From the NCBI GenBank assembly GCA_963767735.1, contig CAVYES010000005.1, positions 160,001-224,000 on the forward strand: a DNA stretch of 64,000 bases. The letters run 5' to 3'. The stretch comes from Candidatus Bathyarchaeota archaeon. GTDB lineage: Archaea; Thermoproteota; Bathyarchaeia; Bathyarchaeales; Bathycorpusculaceae. The notes under the pieces are model-generated. The model saw only the letters and a program-made list of their open reading frames with translations. It was not told the origin of the DNA and did not search any database. Below are positions 9,815 to 20,254 of this stretch, one piece after another (the first letter of the stretch is position 1; the number at the start of each line of letters is the position of its first letter). The position numbers were made by a program, and so were the translations under genes.

Positions 9815-10278
9815 AATTGGTCACTTCTCTTTTCCTTTTCTTTGAGGGTTTTTTCTAATTGCACCTTCAAATTTTTCAGTTGTTCGTCGTTGTCTGCGGC
9901 TTTTTCGACAAGACACGCAGTAACGAGGTCGCCAAAGTTTTCAATAAGACTGCTTAGTACTTCCCGGACAGCGGCTTCTTTGAAGTTTTGTTCTTCAAGT
10001 TTTGGCCAGTAAACGTAGTAGACGCCGCCTTTGCCTTTTTCTATGCGCCGATCAAGAATGCCCTTTTCATGCAATCTGTCCATTGTGTTCATTACTGTGG
10101 TATAGGCGATTTTCTTATTCTTCTGGAGCGTTTCTAGCACTTCTCTTACTGTTATGGGTCTTTTTTTGGAGGACCATATGGTTTCGATGATGTTTGCTTC
10201 CAGCGGACCCAGAAATGCTTCTAGTTGCTTTCCATCGATGTTGTACTGTGGGGAAGCGGTTTTTTTGTTTGATGACAT
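9811..10278 (-). CDS. BlaI/MecI/CopY-family repressor
   Basis: LGPLEANIIETIW, TVREV, IAYTTVMNTMDRLHEKGILDR. Confidence 0.92.
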   Translation of the reverse strand: MSSNKKTASPQYNIDGKQLEAFLGPLEANIIETIWSSKKRPITVREVLETLQKNKKIAYTTVMNTMDRLHEKGILDRRIEKGKGGVYYVYWPKLEEQNFKEAAVREVLSSLIENFGDLVTACLVEKAADNDEQLKNLKVQLEKTLKEKEKRSDQL

Positions 10279-10294
10279 GTAATATTTCCTGCCG

Positions 10295-10311
10295 TACCAT
10301 TGGCGATAGTA
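10295..10311. promoter_or_regulatory. Putative BlaI operator (autoregulatory)
   Basis: TACCAT-TGGCG-ATAGTA, 16 bp upstream of the repressor start. Confidence 0.6.
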
Positions 10312-10384
10312 GCTTTTTAACGTTTTGTTCTGACACTATTAAGGGCATGGTTGCGGGGCGTTTTAGGTTCTTGCTTTTGTTTGT

Positions 10385-10481
10385 TCGTTATGTCATATTT
10401 CGGAGCTACCATTATTAATCGTAAACATTTATAAATGCTACTACATACGTTAGTAGCTGAAATTAAGGTGAAAAAATGAGT
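10385..10481 (+). repeat. Duplicated promoter, copy 1 (two operators, TATA box, RBS, ATGAGT)
   Basis: Near-identical to 11463-11559; TACCAT-N5-ATCGTA, TTTATAAA, TACTAC-N5-TTAGTA, AAGGTGA. Confidence 0.9.
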
Positions 10482-10793
10482 GAAGATGATGTACAAAAGA
10501 AAGCACTCAGGGAAAAATACCTACAGGATATAGCTGAAGAATTAGATGCTGAATTGAAAAAGAATACATCTAAATCTCAATCGCTTAGATCTATAAAATT
10601 TGATGAAAAAGGCGACATATGGTACACTCCTCTTGAGTCAAATCCAGCGCCTTTTGCTGGATGTTTTGAAGACTCGGTACAACTTATCAACTATTTAGCT
10701 GGCGAATTGGCAAATACAAAAATAGAATTATATCTTCTAAAACAAAAAACAGAATTATTGTTTCAAACTTTGTCAACTAAAGAATCACACTAA
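10476..10793 (+). CDS. Hypothetical protein (low GC) behind the duplicated promoter
   Basis: 105-aa ORF with RBS AAGGTGA. Confidence 0.65.
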   Translation: MSEDDVQKKALREKYLQDIAEELDAELKKNTSKSQSLRSIKFDEKGDIWYTPLESNPAPFAGCFEDSVQLINYLAGELANTKIELYLLKQKTELLFQTLSTKESH

Positions 10794-10979
10794 AGTAAGT
10801 TTCTTTCTATTCTGCAAAACACATTAAACGGTTAGGGCTATTAACGAGTACATTCTAGGATTAGATGTGTGGAGTCTTTTATCACAATTTATTAAATTCT
10901 TAATTTTTGTGTCTAATTTTTAAATAATTTCAGAGTATAAGCTTTAATTCTCACAATGCTTTTAATGCATTGGGTTAAA

Positions 10980-11265
10980 ATACCAATTAGTAATGAGGAA
11001 TGGAGTAGTGGAAGAACAGCGGGTACACTTGAAGGTCGAATTCTTGCATTTCTAAAGCGAAATCAGAATGCTTTCACACCGAGCGAGATTTTCAGTGTTT
11101 AGGATAAAGTAATGACGTAAATCTGAATAGCATCTTTGCAGTTTTTGCTATTCAAAGCGCATTGGACAAATTAGTTAAGGAAGGAACCGTAGAAGCAAAA
11201 ACAATTAAACAGCTAATTGGAGTGCAAGTTTACTATAAGGCTATTGTTGGTAAAGTCCTCTTTTA
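10980..11265 (+). pseudogene. Decayed winged-helix protein
   Basis: Fragments PISNEEWSSGRTAGTLEGRILAFLKRNQNAFTPSEIF and IQSALDKLVKEGTVEAKTIKQLIGVQVYYKA, separated by stops; ATA where a start is expected. Confidence 0.5.
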
Positions 11266-11462
11266 AGATACTCCAGAAACTTAGAATTATGGCCTTATTT
11301 TTCATGAAGATAAGTCTTAAATCTGCATAGCGTAGAATAGCCTAAATGTGGCAAAAATAAGAATTTGTAGTTAAGCTACTTCTTTGGCAACTTTATCTTT
11401 AGCAAACAAGTATTCGACATATTCTCTTATTGTGCGGTTGGCTTCTTCAGCTCTTATTTTGA

Positions 11463-11559
11463 TCGTTAGGTCATATTTCGGAGCTACCATTATTGATGGT
11501 AACATTTATAAATGCTACTACATACGTTAGTAGCTGAAATTAAGGTGAAACAAATGAGT
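11463..11559 (+). repeat. Duplicated promoter, copy 2, upstream of the ABC operon
   Basis: Perfect TACCAT-TATTG-ATGGTA (11485-11501), TTTATAAA, TACTAC-ATACG-TTAGTA (11516-11532). Confidence 0.9.
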
Positions 11560-13023
11560 CTAACAACAAGAGCATTAAGAAATCTTTCAAGACGAAAAAT
11601 ACGCGCGCTAATAGTAGTCATCGCACTTGCTTTCTCTATGGCTATACTGATCGTCATTCCAGCAGGCATAGCTGCCAACCAAAAAGCCACACAAAACGAA
11701 ACCAACGGACTATCAGGCATCATTAATCAAACTTCAGCAGCAACCAACCTGACAGCAACAGAAATACAATGTGGACTCTCGTCATCCGCTTCAGGATTCG
11801 GTTTAAGCCAAACACCTGTTACTATTGCAGGAGGCGCTCCAGTCAGTGGCAGTGGTGGTCAGGTGACTAGCGGTTCAGTGGGCGGAGGCGCACTGGGCGG
11901 TGGATTCACTGAACCTATGAATGAAAGCCTGTACAATGATGTCGCCAACATTGCTGACGTAGCAACCGTTGAGCCAATTTTACAGGTAACAGAAGGACAT
12001 AACGAAACAATCACTCCGCCTGCCGGCAGCGCTGAGCACATCAGCCCTAACGGAGTTGTAAGTACAACTACAGCGCCAAGCTTCACCGTCACAGTGCCTT
12101 ATTACATCATCGAAGGCGTGCCTTTGGATTCCTCGTTACTCAATAATTATCCAATATTACCCACAAACATTACCGCTGGAAGAAATCTGCAGGCTGGAGA
12201 CACCGACGATGTACTGTTGAGCGAGAACAACTCTGCTTACTTTGGAGTAGGAGTAGGCGGCACAGTTGACATTTTAGGCACAAACTTCACGGTTGTAGGC
12301 ATCTACAGCCCGTCAGGAGCGGATATTCAGGATCTTTACATGAGTCTTCCAGAAGCTCAATCTATAACAAACCAGCCAGATACCATAACTCAGCTTAACG
12401 TTTTCGCTGACAACACAGCAGACGTAACCTCAGTATCCAACGCCATTAGCGCAGCCCACCCAGAACTCGACGTTTCAACTGCACAGGACCAATTAAGCCA
12501 GCTTCAGAGCGTCGAGTCATTGTACAATACTCAGTTAGCAGATGCTAAGGCAACCATGAACCAGACGCAAAACCAGGCTTATGCAGAAATCATTCTTGCA
12601 GTCGCGGCTACAAGTCTCATAGTTCTGTTCGTTATGCAGTACACTGTGCGTGAGCGAACTAAAGAAATCGGCACCCTCAAAGCCATAGGTTTTAGCAGTG
12701 GAAACGTGATGGGCCAATTCCTATTCGAAGGCATCATGCTCAGTTTGATCGCTGCCTTAGTTGGAGTCGGCATAGGCGCCGTTGGTGCACCATTTCTATC
12801 AAAAGTGCTACTTCCTGCAGTTGGGAACTCGCTTGGAGTCCCCAAAGGAGCAGTATTGATCGGGTCTGGAGGAGCAGCATCGGCATCTTTAGCTGTCACG
12901 GTGAGTCCTGAGTTGATGCTGATTGCGTTCGGTGCAGCTGTGGTCCTTGGTGCACTTGGCAGTCTATATCCGGCTTGGCGCGCTTCCAAAACGAACCCTG
13001 CGGAGGCTATGCGATATGAGTGA
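11554..13023 (+). CDS. MacB/FtsX-family ABC permease
   Basis: ALRNLSRRKIRALIV, VRERTKEIGTLKAIG, YPAWRASKTNPAEAMRYE; start at 11554 follows the RBS. Confidence 0.93.
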   Translation: MSLTTRALRNLSRRKIRALIVVIALAFSMAILIVIPAGIAANQKATQNETNGLSGIINQTSAATNLTATEIQCGLSSSASGFGLSQTPVTIAGGAPVSGSGGQVTSGSVGGGALGGGFTEPMNESLYNDVANIADVATVEPILQVTEGHNETITPPAGSAEHISPNGVVSTTTAPSFTVTVPYYIIEGVPLDSSLLNNYPILPTNITAGRNLQAGDTDDVLLSENNSAYFGVGVGGTVDILGTNFTVVGIYSPSGADIQDLYMSLPEAQSITNQPDTITQLNVFADNTADVTSVSNAISAAHPELDVSTAQDQLSQLQSVESLYNTQLADAKATMNQTQNQAYAEIILAVAATSLIVLFVMQYTVRERTKEIGTLKAIGFSSGNVMGQFLFEGIMLSLIAALVGVGIGAVGAPFLSKVLLPAVGNSLGVPKGAVLIGSGGAASASLAVTVSPELMLIAFGAAVVLGALGSLYPAWRASKTNPAEAMRYE

Positions 13024-13825
13024 GTCAGTATTGAACTTAGAGAAAGTGTCCAGAACCTATATGCTGGGCAAACGCAGCGTTCAAGCTCTCAACAACCTGA
13101 ATTTACAGGTTAAGAAAGGAGAGTTTGCGGCGATCATGGGTCCGTCTGGCTCGGGCAAAACGACATTGCTAAACGTGATAGGCTGCATCGACAAACCAAC
13201 TAAAGGCAAAGTACTCTTAGACAACGTTGACGTAGCAAACCTGCCTGAGTCTGAGCTCTACAAGATTCGCAGGGACAAAATAGGCTTTGTCTTCCAAAGC
13301 TTCAACCTGCTGCCATACTTGAATGCTAGGGAAAACGTGGAGTTGCCGATGGCTGCGGCTGGAAAATCTAAAGCGGAAAGAAGTGTCAGGGCAAAAGAGC
13401 TCCTCGACACGGTTGGGTTGTCAGGTAGGGAAGACCATAGACCACAACGCCTCAGCTCTGGAGAGCAGCAACGTGTAGCTATTGCGCGTGCTTTAGCAAA
13501 TAATCCTGCTATTATTCTTGCTGATGAGCCAACAGGAAACCTCGATAGCGAGAATAAGCAGGGAATCATTAAGCTGCTTGCAAACCTCAACCTGACGCAA
13601 GGCACGACAATAATTATGGTCACGCATGACAGTCAAGCCGCACGCAACACAGAGCGAATGCTTCTGCTCAAAGACGGAAAAATAGTTAAAGAAATGCAAG
13701 GCCTGCACGCAAATAAAAAGAACCAGAAATGCCCACACTGCGGAGCCAGTATTCAAATCAATGAAGATGAATGCCCTGTCTGCAAAAAACCTCTCTATGC
13801 AAGCGACGACCTCTTCTCATCCTAA
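13016..13825 (+). CDS. ABC ATP-binding protein (LolD/MacB type) with C-terminal zinc ribbon
   Basis: GPSGSGKT, LSSGEQQR, ILADEPTGNLD, CPHC...CPVC tail. Confidence 0.95.
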   Translation: MSESVLNLEKVSRTYMLGKRSVQALNNLNLQVKKGEFAAIMGPSGSGKTTLLNVIGCIDKPTKGKVLLDNVDVANLPESELYKIRRDKIGFVFQSFNLLPYLNARENVELPMAAAGKSKAERSVRAKELLDTVGLSGREDHRPQRLSSGEQQRVAIARALANNPAIILADEPTGNLDSENKQGIIKLLANLNLTQGTTIIMVTHDSQAARNTERMLLLKDGKIVKEMQGLHANKKNQKCPHCGASIQINEDECPVCKKPLYASDDLFSS

Positions 13826-13878
13826 AATGAAAAACAACAGGCCCTCCCAAAACTTTTTTTAAATTTTGAGGCTTTTTT

Positions 13879-15138
13879 ATGGAAACTCCTACCAACTCAA
13901 CTCCCGAAACTCCTGCCGGCACACCTACTTCTCCATTTCCGAGGACTCAAAAAACTCCAAAAACCATGCGTTTTTCAGTTTTTATTATTGCGTTTCTTTT
14001 GGTTGTAGGTTTGGTTGCAGGAGGTTTAATCGGGTACGCAGTTACTTATTCAGATTTCAATGGGAAACTCAATAGTGTGCAAGCTCAACTGAATGGTTAT
14101 TCAGAAAATGCGACGTATTATCCAAACGCAACATTCGATTTAGGCTCTAATGTTTCGCTTTCGAATTTGTATCAGCAAGTTCAAAACTCAGTGGTTGTAA
14201 TTCAAGATGTCGTGCCCGAATATGGCGGTTTCTTTAATACATTGATAGGTTACGAGGAACAGCAGGGTTCAGGATTCATAGCTTCGGTGGATAATCAATT
14301 GGTCATTGTAACCAATGACCACGTGGTAGCAGATGCAAATAATATAACTGTAAGTTTTGCAGATGGAGACAGTTACCCCGCAACTGTATTAGGTTCAGAT
14401 GCTCTATCTGATCTTGCAGTGATTTCGATAACGCCTATGCCGAGCGGTTTGGTTCCTTTGACGCTTGTTAGCTCCAGTACCTTGCAGGTTGGACAACCTG
14501 TTGTTGCGGTAGGATCACCTTACGGATTATCAGGCACACTGACCACAGGCGTTATCAGCGCCTTGGGAAGAACAATCACTGAATCAAGTGAAACAGGAAG
14601 TACGGGCCCAACAATTTCGGATATAATTCAAACAAGCACCGCCATTAACCCAGGCAATTCTGGCGGTCCACTTCTAAATTATGCAGGCGAAGTCGTTGGT
14701 ATAACTACTGCAGCCGTGACCAGTTCTACGGGTTTAGGTTTTGCAATTCCATCAGATACTATAATACGGGAACTTAGCTCGCTGGTTACAACTGGCTCAT
14801 ATAATCAGCAACCCTCCATTGACGCCACGCTGACAGACATGAACTATCAGATTGCTCAAGCCATGGGAACCAACGTTACTTACGGATCGCTCGTTGAAAG
14901 CGTTTCGACACAGAACGGGCTCAAAGGCGGCTCAACTCAAATCTCAATATTAGGCTCAACCGTAACAATCGGCGGCGACATAATCATAGGTATCAACGGC
15001 ACAACAATAACAAACACGAACTCATTGCTTAGCTATCTTGAAGAGAACACTTTGCCGGGACAAACTGTTAACTTCACTATAATACGTAACGGGCAAACAC
15101 AGATTGTTCCAGTTACGATAGGAAAACTATCCGAGTAA
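13879..15138 (+). CDS. htrA: HtrA/DegP serine protease with PDZ domain
   Basis: TM anchor, GSGF, VTNDHV, DLAV, INPGNSGGPL. Confidence 0.93.
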   Translation: METPTNSTPETPAGTPTSPFPRTQKTPKTMRFSVFIIAFLLVVGLVAGGLIGYAVTYSDFNGKLNSVQAQLNGYSENATYYPNATFDLGSNVSLSNLYQQVQNSVVVIQDVVPEYGGFFNTLIGYEEQQGSGFIASVDNQLVIVTNDHVVADANNITVSFADGDSYPATVLGSDALSDLAVISITPMPSGLVPLTLVSSSTLQVGQPVVAVGSPYGLSGTLTTGVISALGRTITESSETGSTGPTISDIIQTSTAINPGNSGGPLLNYAGEVVGITTAAVTSSTGLGFAIPSDTIIRELSSLVTTGSYNQQPSIDATLTDMNYQIAQAMGTNVTYGSLVESVSTQNGLKGGSTQISILGSTVTIGGDIIIGINGTTITNTNSLLSYLEENTLPGQTVNFTIIRNGQTQIVPVTIGKLSE

Positions 15139-15631
15139 CTGCTCTATCAACTCCTTTTTTTGAATATTTGAAAAAAGGTTCAAAGAGTGAACAATAACAA
15201 GAAAGAATGCATTTACGGTTGCAAAATAGAAACAGACGAACGTCAGCTATTCCATACAACTATATTTTTTCAGCGAAAATTTGACACAAGCAATTTGGTT
15301 TTTGTTAAGCCAAGCGGAAAAGGGGCAGGGGCAAGCAGCAGCACAAGAAGCAAAAACTGCAACAGGAACTTAGAACGTTCCATTTTCCTCTTCTTTTTTT
15401 TAAATAAGTAGAATCACAGGTTTTAAAAAACAGAGCTGATAGAATGCTCGCCTAGAAGTTTTTTTTTCATATGTCCATAAGTAACATACAAATTCGTTTT
15501 ACTGTTTTAGTTGATCCTATTTGCTTAATGGCTGATAGCACTTCTTCATAGCCAGGATGCTTCTGAGCCATTTTTACATTTGGTACACAAATAGGTACCG
15601 TTTGTGTGCTGATTATGGATATATGATTTTT

Positions 15632-16687
15632 TTAAAACAGTGAGTATGGAAAGCGCAGGTTGTTTTGGTATACTTTGCCTTTTATCGGGATTTGTTGTCC
15701 GCACACTGGGCACCGCATGTCAGGGGTTAGTTTCCACTGGGTTATTTCAAAACTGTTCCTTTTGATTATTGCTTCGTTGCAGTTTGGGCAGTACGTGTTT
15801 TCAGATGGGTGGCCAGGAACGTTGCCCATGTAAACGTAGTTTAATCCTTCGTGTTTAGCGGTCATGTATGCTCTCTCCATGTCCACGACTGGAGTTGCTG
15901 GGATTGTCGTCATTTTGTAGTCAGGGTGAAAACGCAGCAGGTGAAACGGCGTATCCTTCCCCAAATAATCTCTAATCCACGCAGCCATCTGCTTTATTTT
16001 ATCCATTGAATCACCCACTTTGGGCACAACCAGATTGGTTATCTCTATGTGGACACCGCCAAGCTTGAGTTCTTTTAGGGTTTCGTAGATGTGCTCAACG
16101 TTTGGAACCGCCATAACGGATTTGTAGAAGTCTGGGTCGCCGCCGCCCTTAAAATCAACGGTTGCCGCATCCAAAAAAGGCGCAATGGTTCTGACGGCTT
16201 CTGGAGTCATGTACCCGTTCGTGACAAAAGTGTTAAACAATCCTGCTTCACGGGCAAGCTTGGCGGTGTCATAAGCGTACTCCATGAAAATGGTGGGTTC
16301 AGTATAGGTGTAGCTTATTCCCTGGCAATTGGCGTTTAACGCTGACTTCACTATTTCCTCAGGCGGAAATGGTCTGCCGGCAATTTCTTTGTCTTGACTT
16401 ATCATCCAGTTGTCGCAGAATTGACAGCGGAAGTTGCAGCCAGCAGCCGCGATGGACATCACCAAAGCTCCAGGGTTAAAATGCGACAGCGGCTTTTTGC
16501 TAATCGGATCAACGCCAGCCGACACGGCTTTACCATAATTTAAAGCGTAGAGGGTGCCGCCTTGATTCTTCCTCACCAAACAGAAGCCTGATCCTTCATC
16601 ACTTATCAGGCAACGGCGGGAACATAAGCAACAACTTACTTTGTTCTCATCTTTCTTTTCGTAAAGCATGGCTTCGTGAAGGGACAT
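15632..16687 (-). CDS. amrS: AmmeMemoRadiSam radical SAM enzyme
   Basis: GCNFRCQFCDNWMIS, YTYTEPTI, YVYMGNVPG, TYCPNC. Confidence 0.9.
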   Translation of the reverse strand: MSLHEAMLYEKKDENKVSCCLCSRRCLISDEGSGFCLVRKNQGGTLYALNYGKAVSAGVDPISKKPLSHFNPGALVMSIAAAGCNFRCQFCDNWMISQDKEIAGRPFPPEEIVKSALNANCQGISYTYTEPTIFMEYAYDTAKLAREAGLFNTFVTNGYMTPEAVRTIAPFLDAATVDFKGGGDPDFYKSVMAVPNVEHIYETLKELKLGGVHIEITNLVVPKVGDSMDKIKQMAAWIRDYLGKDTPFHLLRFHPDYKMTTIPATPVVDMERAYMTAKHEGLNYVYMGNVPGHPSENTYCPNCNEAIIKRNSFEITQWKLTPDMRCPVCGQQIPIKGKVYQNNLRFPYSLF

Positions 16688-16741
16688 TTTTTCTCACTAT
16701 TCCTAAATAATAGAAAGAACGTTTTTCTTTAAAAGGATTAA

Positions 16742-17101
16742 CTACAAATGCTTGCTTGAAGTATTGTTAAGGTCTTCTAGTATTTTCTGTACCTGTTTCC
16801 TGAACAGAGGTAAGTCTTTTTTAATCGTTTCCCAAACTAAAGGCAGATTCACACCAAAATAAGTATGAATTAATTTATCCCGCATTCCGGCAATATTTTT
16901 CCAATCCATCTCAGGACTTTTTGCCTTCAGCTCACCGCTCAAATTCTTGGTTGCCTCACCAATTATCTCAAGAGCACGCAAAACAGCGTACTGTTTCTCC
17001 TTGTTCCTGAAAAATCCCTCTTCAGATACAGTATGCATGAACTTTTCTATATCTGAAATTGCATCCAAAATATGCTTTAGGTATACTTTATCGTCTTTCA
17101 T
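16742..17101 (-). CDS. HepT-like HEPN ribonuclease (DUF86)
   Basis: LEIIGEA, GMRDKLIHTYFGV (Rx4H). Confidence 0.92.
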   Translation of the reverse strand: MKDDKVYLKHILDAISDIEKFMHTVSEEGFFRNKEKQYAVLRALEIIGEATKNLSGELKAKSPEMDWKNIAGMRDKLIHTYFGVNLPLVWETIKKDLPLFRKQVQKILEDLNNTSSKHL

Positions 17102-17417
17102 AAATTACGCGCATCTCTCCCTTTACATCTTCCACTACGTAAGGGTGTAAACTGCTAAAAATTCCAAGATCCACTTTTCTCTTAAACACCTTACTTAATT
17201 CATCTTCAAGACGAACCAAATCCAAGAGAGTTTTATGTTTGCTTTTATCAAATTCAATTGCAATATCAACGTCGCTTTTCTTGTTTTGTTCGCCTCTAAC
17301 AAAAGACCCAAACACCGCCAAGAAAATAACATCGTTTCTTTTGCAAATCTCTTCTAACTTAACCTCTATGCCCTTCTTTCGCAGAGCTTTTGGCAACTTT
17401 TGAACTTGAATCTCCAT
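17088..17417 (-). CDS. MntA-like minimal nucleotidyltransferase antitoxin
   Basis: VFGSFVRGEQ..SDVDI, RKVDL. Confidence 0.92.
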   Translation of the reverse strand: MEIQVQKLPKALRKKGIEVKLEEICKRNDVIFLAVFGSFVRGEQNKKSDVDIAIEFDKSKHKTLLDLVRLEDELSKVFKRKVDLGIFSSLHPYVVEDVKGEMRVIYERR

Positions 17418-17531
17418 AATTCAATATTAGAGAACTATGCAAACTTAAGCCTTTTCTGATTCTGAATGAATTATTTGGATAAAACATTTAGGGTTATTTG
17501 AACAAATATGCTTGAGGTCGGGCGTTTAAAT

Positions 17532-17756
17532 TTGGGTAAGTTTACTTCAATTTCGGTTCCCACTGAAGTTAAAAAACAATTAGAAATTGCTAAGGGCAAT
17601 AAGACTTGGGGTGAATTTCTCCTCGAAACATGCACCGAGTGGCAGCAGCTTAAAGGTGAAAGAGCTTTCAAGGAACTCAAGGCTTCTTTCTGAAGAAGAC
17701 CTGAAAGCAATACACGAATCAAGTGAAGAATTTAGAAAAAATTTTGTTCTCCGATA
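17532..17756 (+). pseudogene. Frameshifted orphan VapB-like antitoxin
   Basis: FTSISVPTEVKKQLEIAKGNKTWGEFL continues in another frame as LSEEDLKAIHESSEEFRKNFVLR; no toxin follows. Confidence 0.5.
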
Positions 17757-17761
17757 ATCAC

Positions 17762-18112
17762 TTATTTCTTCTGTTTACTCTGCAAAAGTACATTGAAGAA
17801 GCAGCTGTATTGGCCTGTATGGCATGCGGGACCTGTTTGCTCTACCATGTATAGAAGTGTGTCGTAGTCGCAGTCGGTTGAGACAGAGATGATTTTTTGA
17901 GTGTGCCCTGAAGTTTCGCCTTTGACCCAGAGTTCGTTTCTGCTGCGACTCCAATATGTGCCTTTGCCAGTGCTTAGTGTGTGTTCAATGGCTTGCCTGT
18001 TCGCGTAGGCGAGCATCAGCACTTCTTTGGTTTTTGCGTCTTGTACAACTACGGGGATGAGTCCGTTGCCTTTTTTGAAATCTAAGTTTTCGAGCAGTTC
18101 TGCTGTTGTCAT
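17762..18112 (-). CDS. hisI: Phosphoribosyl-AMP cyclohydrolase
   Basis: [32 protein letters not shown]. Confidence 0.96.
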   Translation of the reverse strand: MTTAELLENLDFKKGNGLIPVVVQDAKTKEVLMLAYANRQAIEHTLSTGKGTYWSRSRNELWVKGETSGHTQKIISVSTDCDYDTLLYMVEQTGPACHTGQYSCFFNVLLQSKQKK

Positions 18113-18912
18113 TGTCTGATAGTCACCCCCATCTTGCGCAGGTAATCTTTCACAACTGGAATTGGGTACTGGTTGTAGTGGAAAATTGAAGCCGCCAACG
18201 CCGCATCTGCCTTACCCTCGGTAAACACTTCAAAGAGGTGCTTTGGCGTTCCAGCGCCGCCGCTTGCGATTATCGGAACGTTAACGCGCTCGGAAATCGT
18301 GCGGGTTAACTCGATGTCGTAGCCGTCTTTTGTGCCATCTCGGTCCATTGAGGTTACAAGGAACTCGCCTGCCCCAAGCTTCTCAGCCTGCAGCGCCCAC
18401 GCTATCGCGTCGATTCCTGTGGGTTTTCTGCCTCCGTAAGTGACCACTTCAAACCAGACTTTGCCTTCTCCAGTCTCAATCATGATTTTGCCTTCGCCAG
18501 GCGTTCGGTTTCTTTTTGCGTCTATGGCGCACACGACGCATTGCCTGCCAAAAACGTCAGCTAATTCCGTGATTACCTTTGGGTTTTCAACCGCCGCCGT
18601 GTTAACTGAAACCTTGTCTGCTCCGCTGCATAGAACCAGCCTTGCATCTGCAACGTTGCGTATTCCGCCGCCGACTGTGAATGGAATGCTGATAGCTTTA
18701 GCTACACCCTCAACAACGCCCCGTAGTATATCCCGCTTCTCGGAGGACGCGGTGATGTCGAGAAAAACCAGTTCATCTGCGCCGTCGTCTGAGTAGCGTT
18801 TCGCCATTTCAACTGGGTCGCCCGCACGTTTGGGATTGAGGAAATTTATGCACTTTACTACTTTCCCATGGTCCACATCGAGGCATGGAATAACACGTTT
18901 TGCGAGTGGCAT
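18109..18912 (-). CDS. hisF: Imidazole glycerol phosphate synthase, cyclase subunit
   Basis: [32 protein letters not shown]. Confidence 0.97.
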   Translation of the reverse strand: MPLAKRVIPCLDVDHGKVVKCINFLNPKRAGDPVEMAKRYSDDGADELVFLDITASSEKRDILRGVVEGVAKAISIPFTVGGGIRNVADARLVLCSGADKVSVNTAAVENPKVITELADVFGRQCVVCAIDAKRNRTPGEGKIMIETGEGKVWFEVVTYGGRKPTGIDAIAWALQAEKLGAGEFLVTSMDRDGTKDGYDIELTRTISERVNVPIIASGGAGTPKHLFEVFTEGKADAALAASIFHYNQYPIPVVKDYLRKMGVTIRQ

Positions 18913-18915
18913 CTT

Positions 18916-19641
18916 CTATGCTCCTATCTTTTGTATGGCTTCCTTTAGGGTGAATTTGCCTTCATAAAGTGCTTTGCCGATGACTGCGCCTTCCACACCG
19001 ATTTCTTTGAGAGCCGCTAAATCGGCTATGCTTCCGATTCCGCCTGCCGCAATAATTTTGGCGTTTGGACATAGGGTAGCTTGGCTGAGCGTGTGCAAGT
19101 CTGGACCATTAAGCATGCCATCTTGGGCGATAGAGGTTATAAGAAATTGACGAACGCCAATAGCGGTGTATTTTTCAAGTGCTTCATCTACAGTCATGGC
19201 GGTTGCGGTTTTCCAGCCCTCAACCATGATTTGCCCATCCTTATTGTCTAAGGCAACGATTACTGAGTCGAAGCCAAATTTTCTTTGGATTTTGCCGATG
19301 GCTGAGGGGTCGCTGAATGCTAAGGCGCCGAGGATTACCTGGGTTATGCCTGTTTGGAAGAGTTTTTCTGCTGTTTCATAGCTGCGTATTCCGCCGCCGA
19401 CTTGAATGGGTAATTTGATGTTTTCTGCAACGTCTGCGATGACTGAGTGGTTATTGCCTGTGCCAAAGGCTGCATCCAAATCGATAATGTGCAATTTGCC
19501 AGCGCCCTCGTCCCGCCACCGTTTCGCAGCTTCAACGGGCGTGCCAAATTGGGTTTCATAGAATTTGGCGGTTTTTGCTTCTCCGCGGGATAACCTTACG
19601 ATTTTGCCGTTCATGAGGTCTATGGCTGGGATTAACTGCAT
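18916..19641 (-). CDS. hisA: ProFAR isomerase
   Basis: LIPAIDLMNGKIVRL, QVGGGIRS, IGKALYEG. Confidence 0.96.
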   Translation of the reverse strand: MQLIPAIDLMNGKIVRLSRGEAKTAKFYETQFGTPVEAAKRWRDEGAGKLHIIDLDAAFGTGNNHSVIADVAENIKLPIQVGGGIRSYETAEKLFQTGITQVILGALAFSDPSAIGKIQRKFGFDSVIVALDNKDGQIMVEGWKTATAMTVDEALEKYTAIGVRQFLITSIAQDGMLNGPDLHTLSQATLCPNAKIIAAGGIGSIADLAALKEIGVEGAVIGKALYEGKFTLKEAIQKIGA

Positions 19642-19648
19642 CTTAAAG

Positions 19649-20254
19649 TCACCTAGTCACGATTTTGGCGAAGTTTTTCAGGATTTTTAAGCCTATATCG
19701 CCTGATTTTTCTGGGTGAAACTGTGTGCCGTAGATGTTTTTGCATGCTATTGCCGAGGTGAAGGTTGTGCCGTATTCGGTTTCTGTGCAAACTATCGTTT
19801 TGTCAACGGGCACAGGGTAGAGCGAGTGGACAAAGTAAACGTATGAGTCCTCCGCCACGTCGTCGAAGAGCTCGTTTTGTTTAACGATGCTTAGTGTGTT
19901 CCAACCCATGTGCGGCACCTTAACAGTGCATGGAAGGCGGACCGTTTTGCCCTTGAAGAGTGCTAAGCCGTTTCCTGGTCCTTCTTCACTTTTATCAAAG
20001 AAAAGCTGCAGCCCCAAGCATACACCGAGTAGAGGCGTACCTTCTTGGACCTTTTGTGTGAGAGTTTCTTTGACCGAATTGAGTTTCTCGGCGGCTGGGC
20101 TAAAGGCTCCGACGCCTGGCAAAGCAATCGCGTCTGCCTCTGTTAAGTCTTGGGCTGAAGTGCCTATTGATGCTTCTAAGCCTACTTTTTCCAGCGCGGT
20201 TTTTAGGCTGAGCAGGTTGCCGACGCCGTAGTCGAAGATGACTGCTTTTGGCAT
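19649..20254 (-). CDS. hisH: Imidazole glycerol phosphate synthase, glutaminase subunit
   Basis: DYGVGNL, LGVCLGLQ, PHMGWN, QFHPEKS. Confidence 0.97.
   Translation of the reverse strand: MPKAVIFDYGVGNLLSLKTALEKVGLEASIGTSAQDLTEADAIALPGVGAFSPAAEKLNSVKETLTQKVQEGTPLLGVCLGLQLFFDKSEEGPGNGLALFKGKTVRLPCTVKVPHMGWNTLSIVKQNELFDDVAEDSYVYFVHSLYPVPVDKTIVCTETEYGTTFTSAIACKNIYGTQFHPEKSGDIGLKILKNFAKIVTR

Noticed and set aside
15187-15411. Short ORFs on both strands downstream of htrA
   Set aside because: No supporting motif; low-complexity AT-rich intergenic DNA
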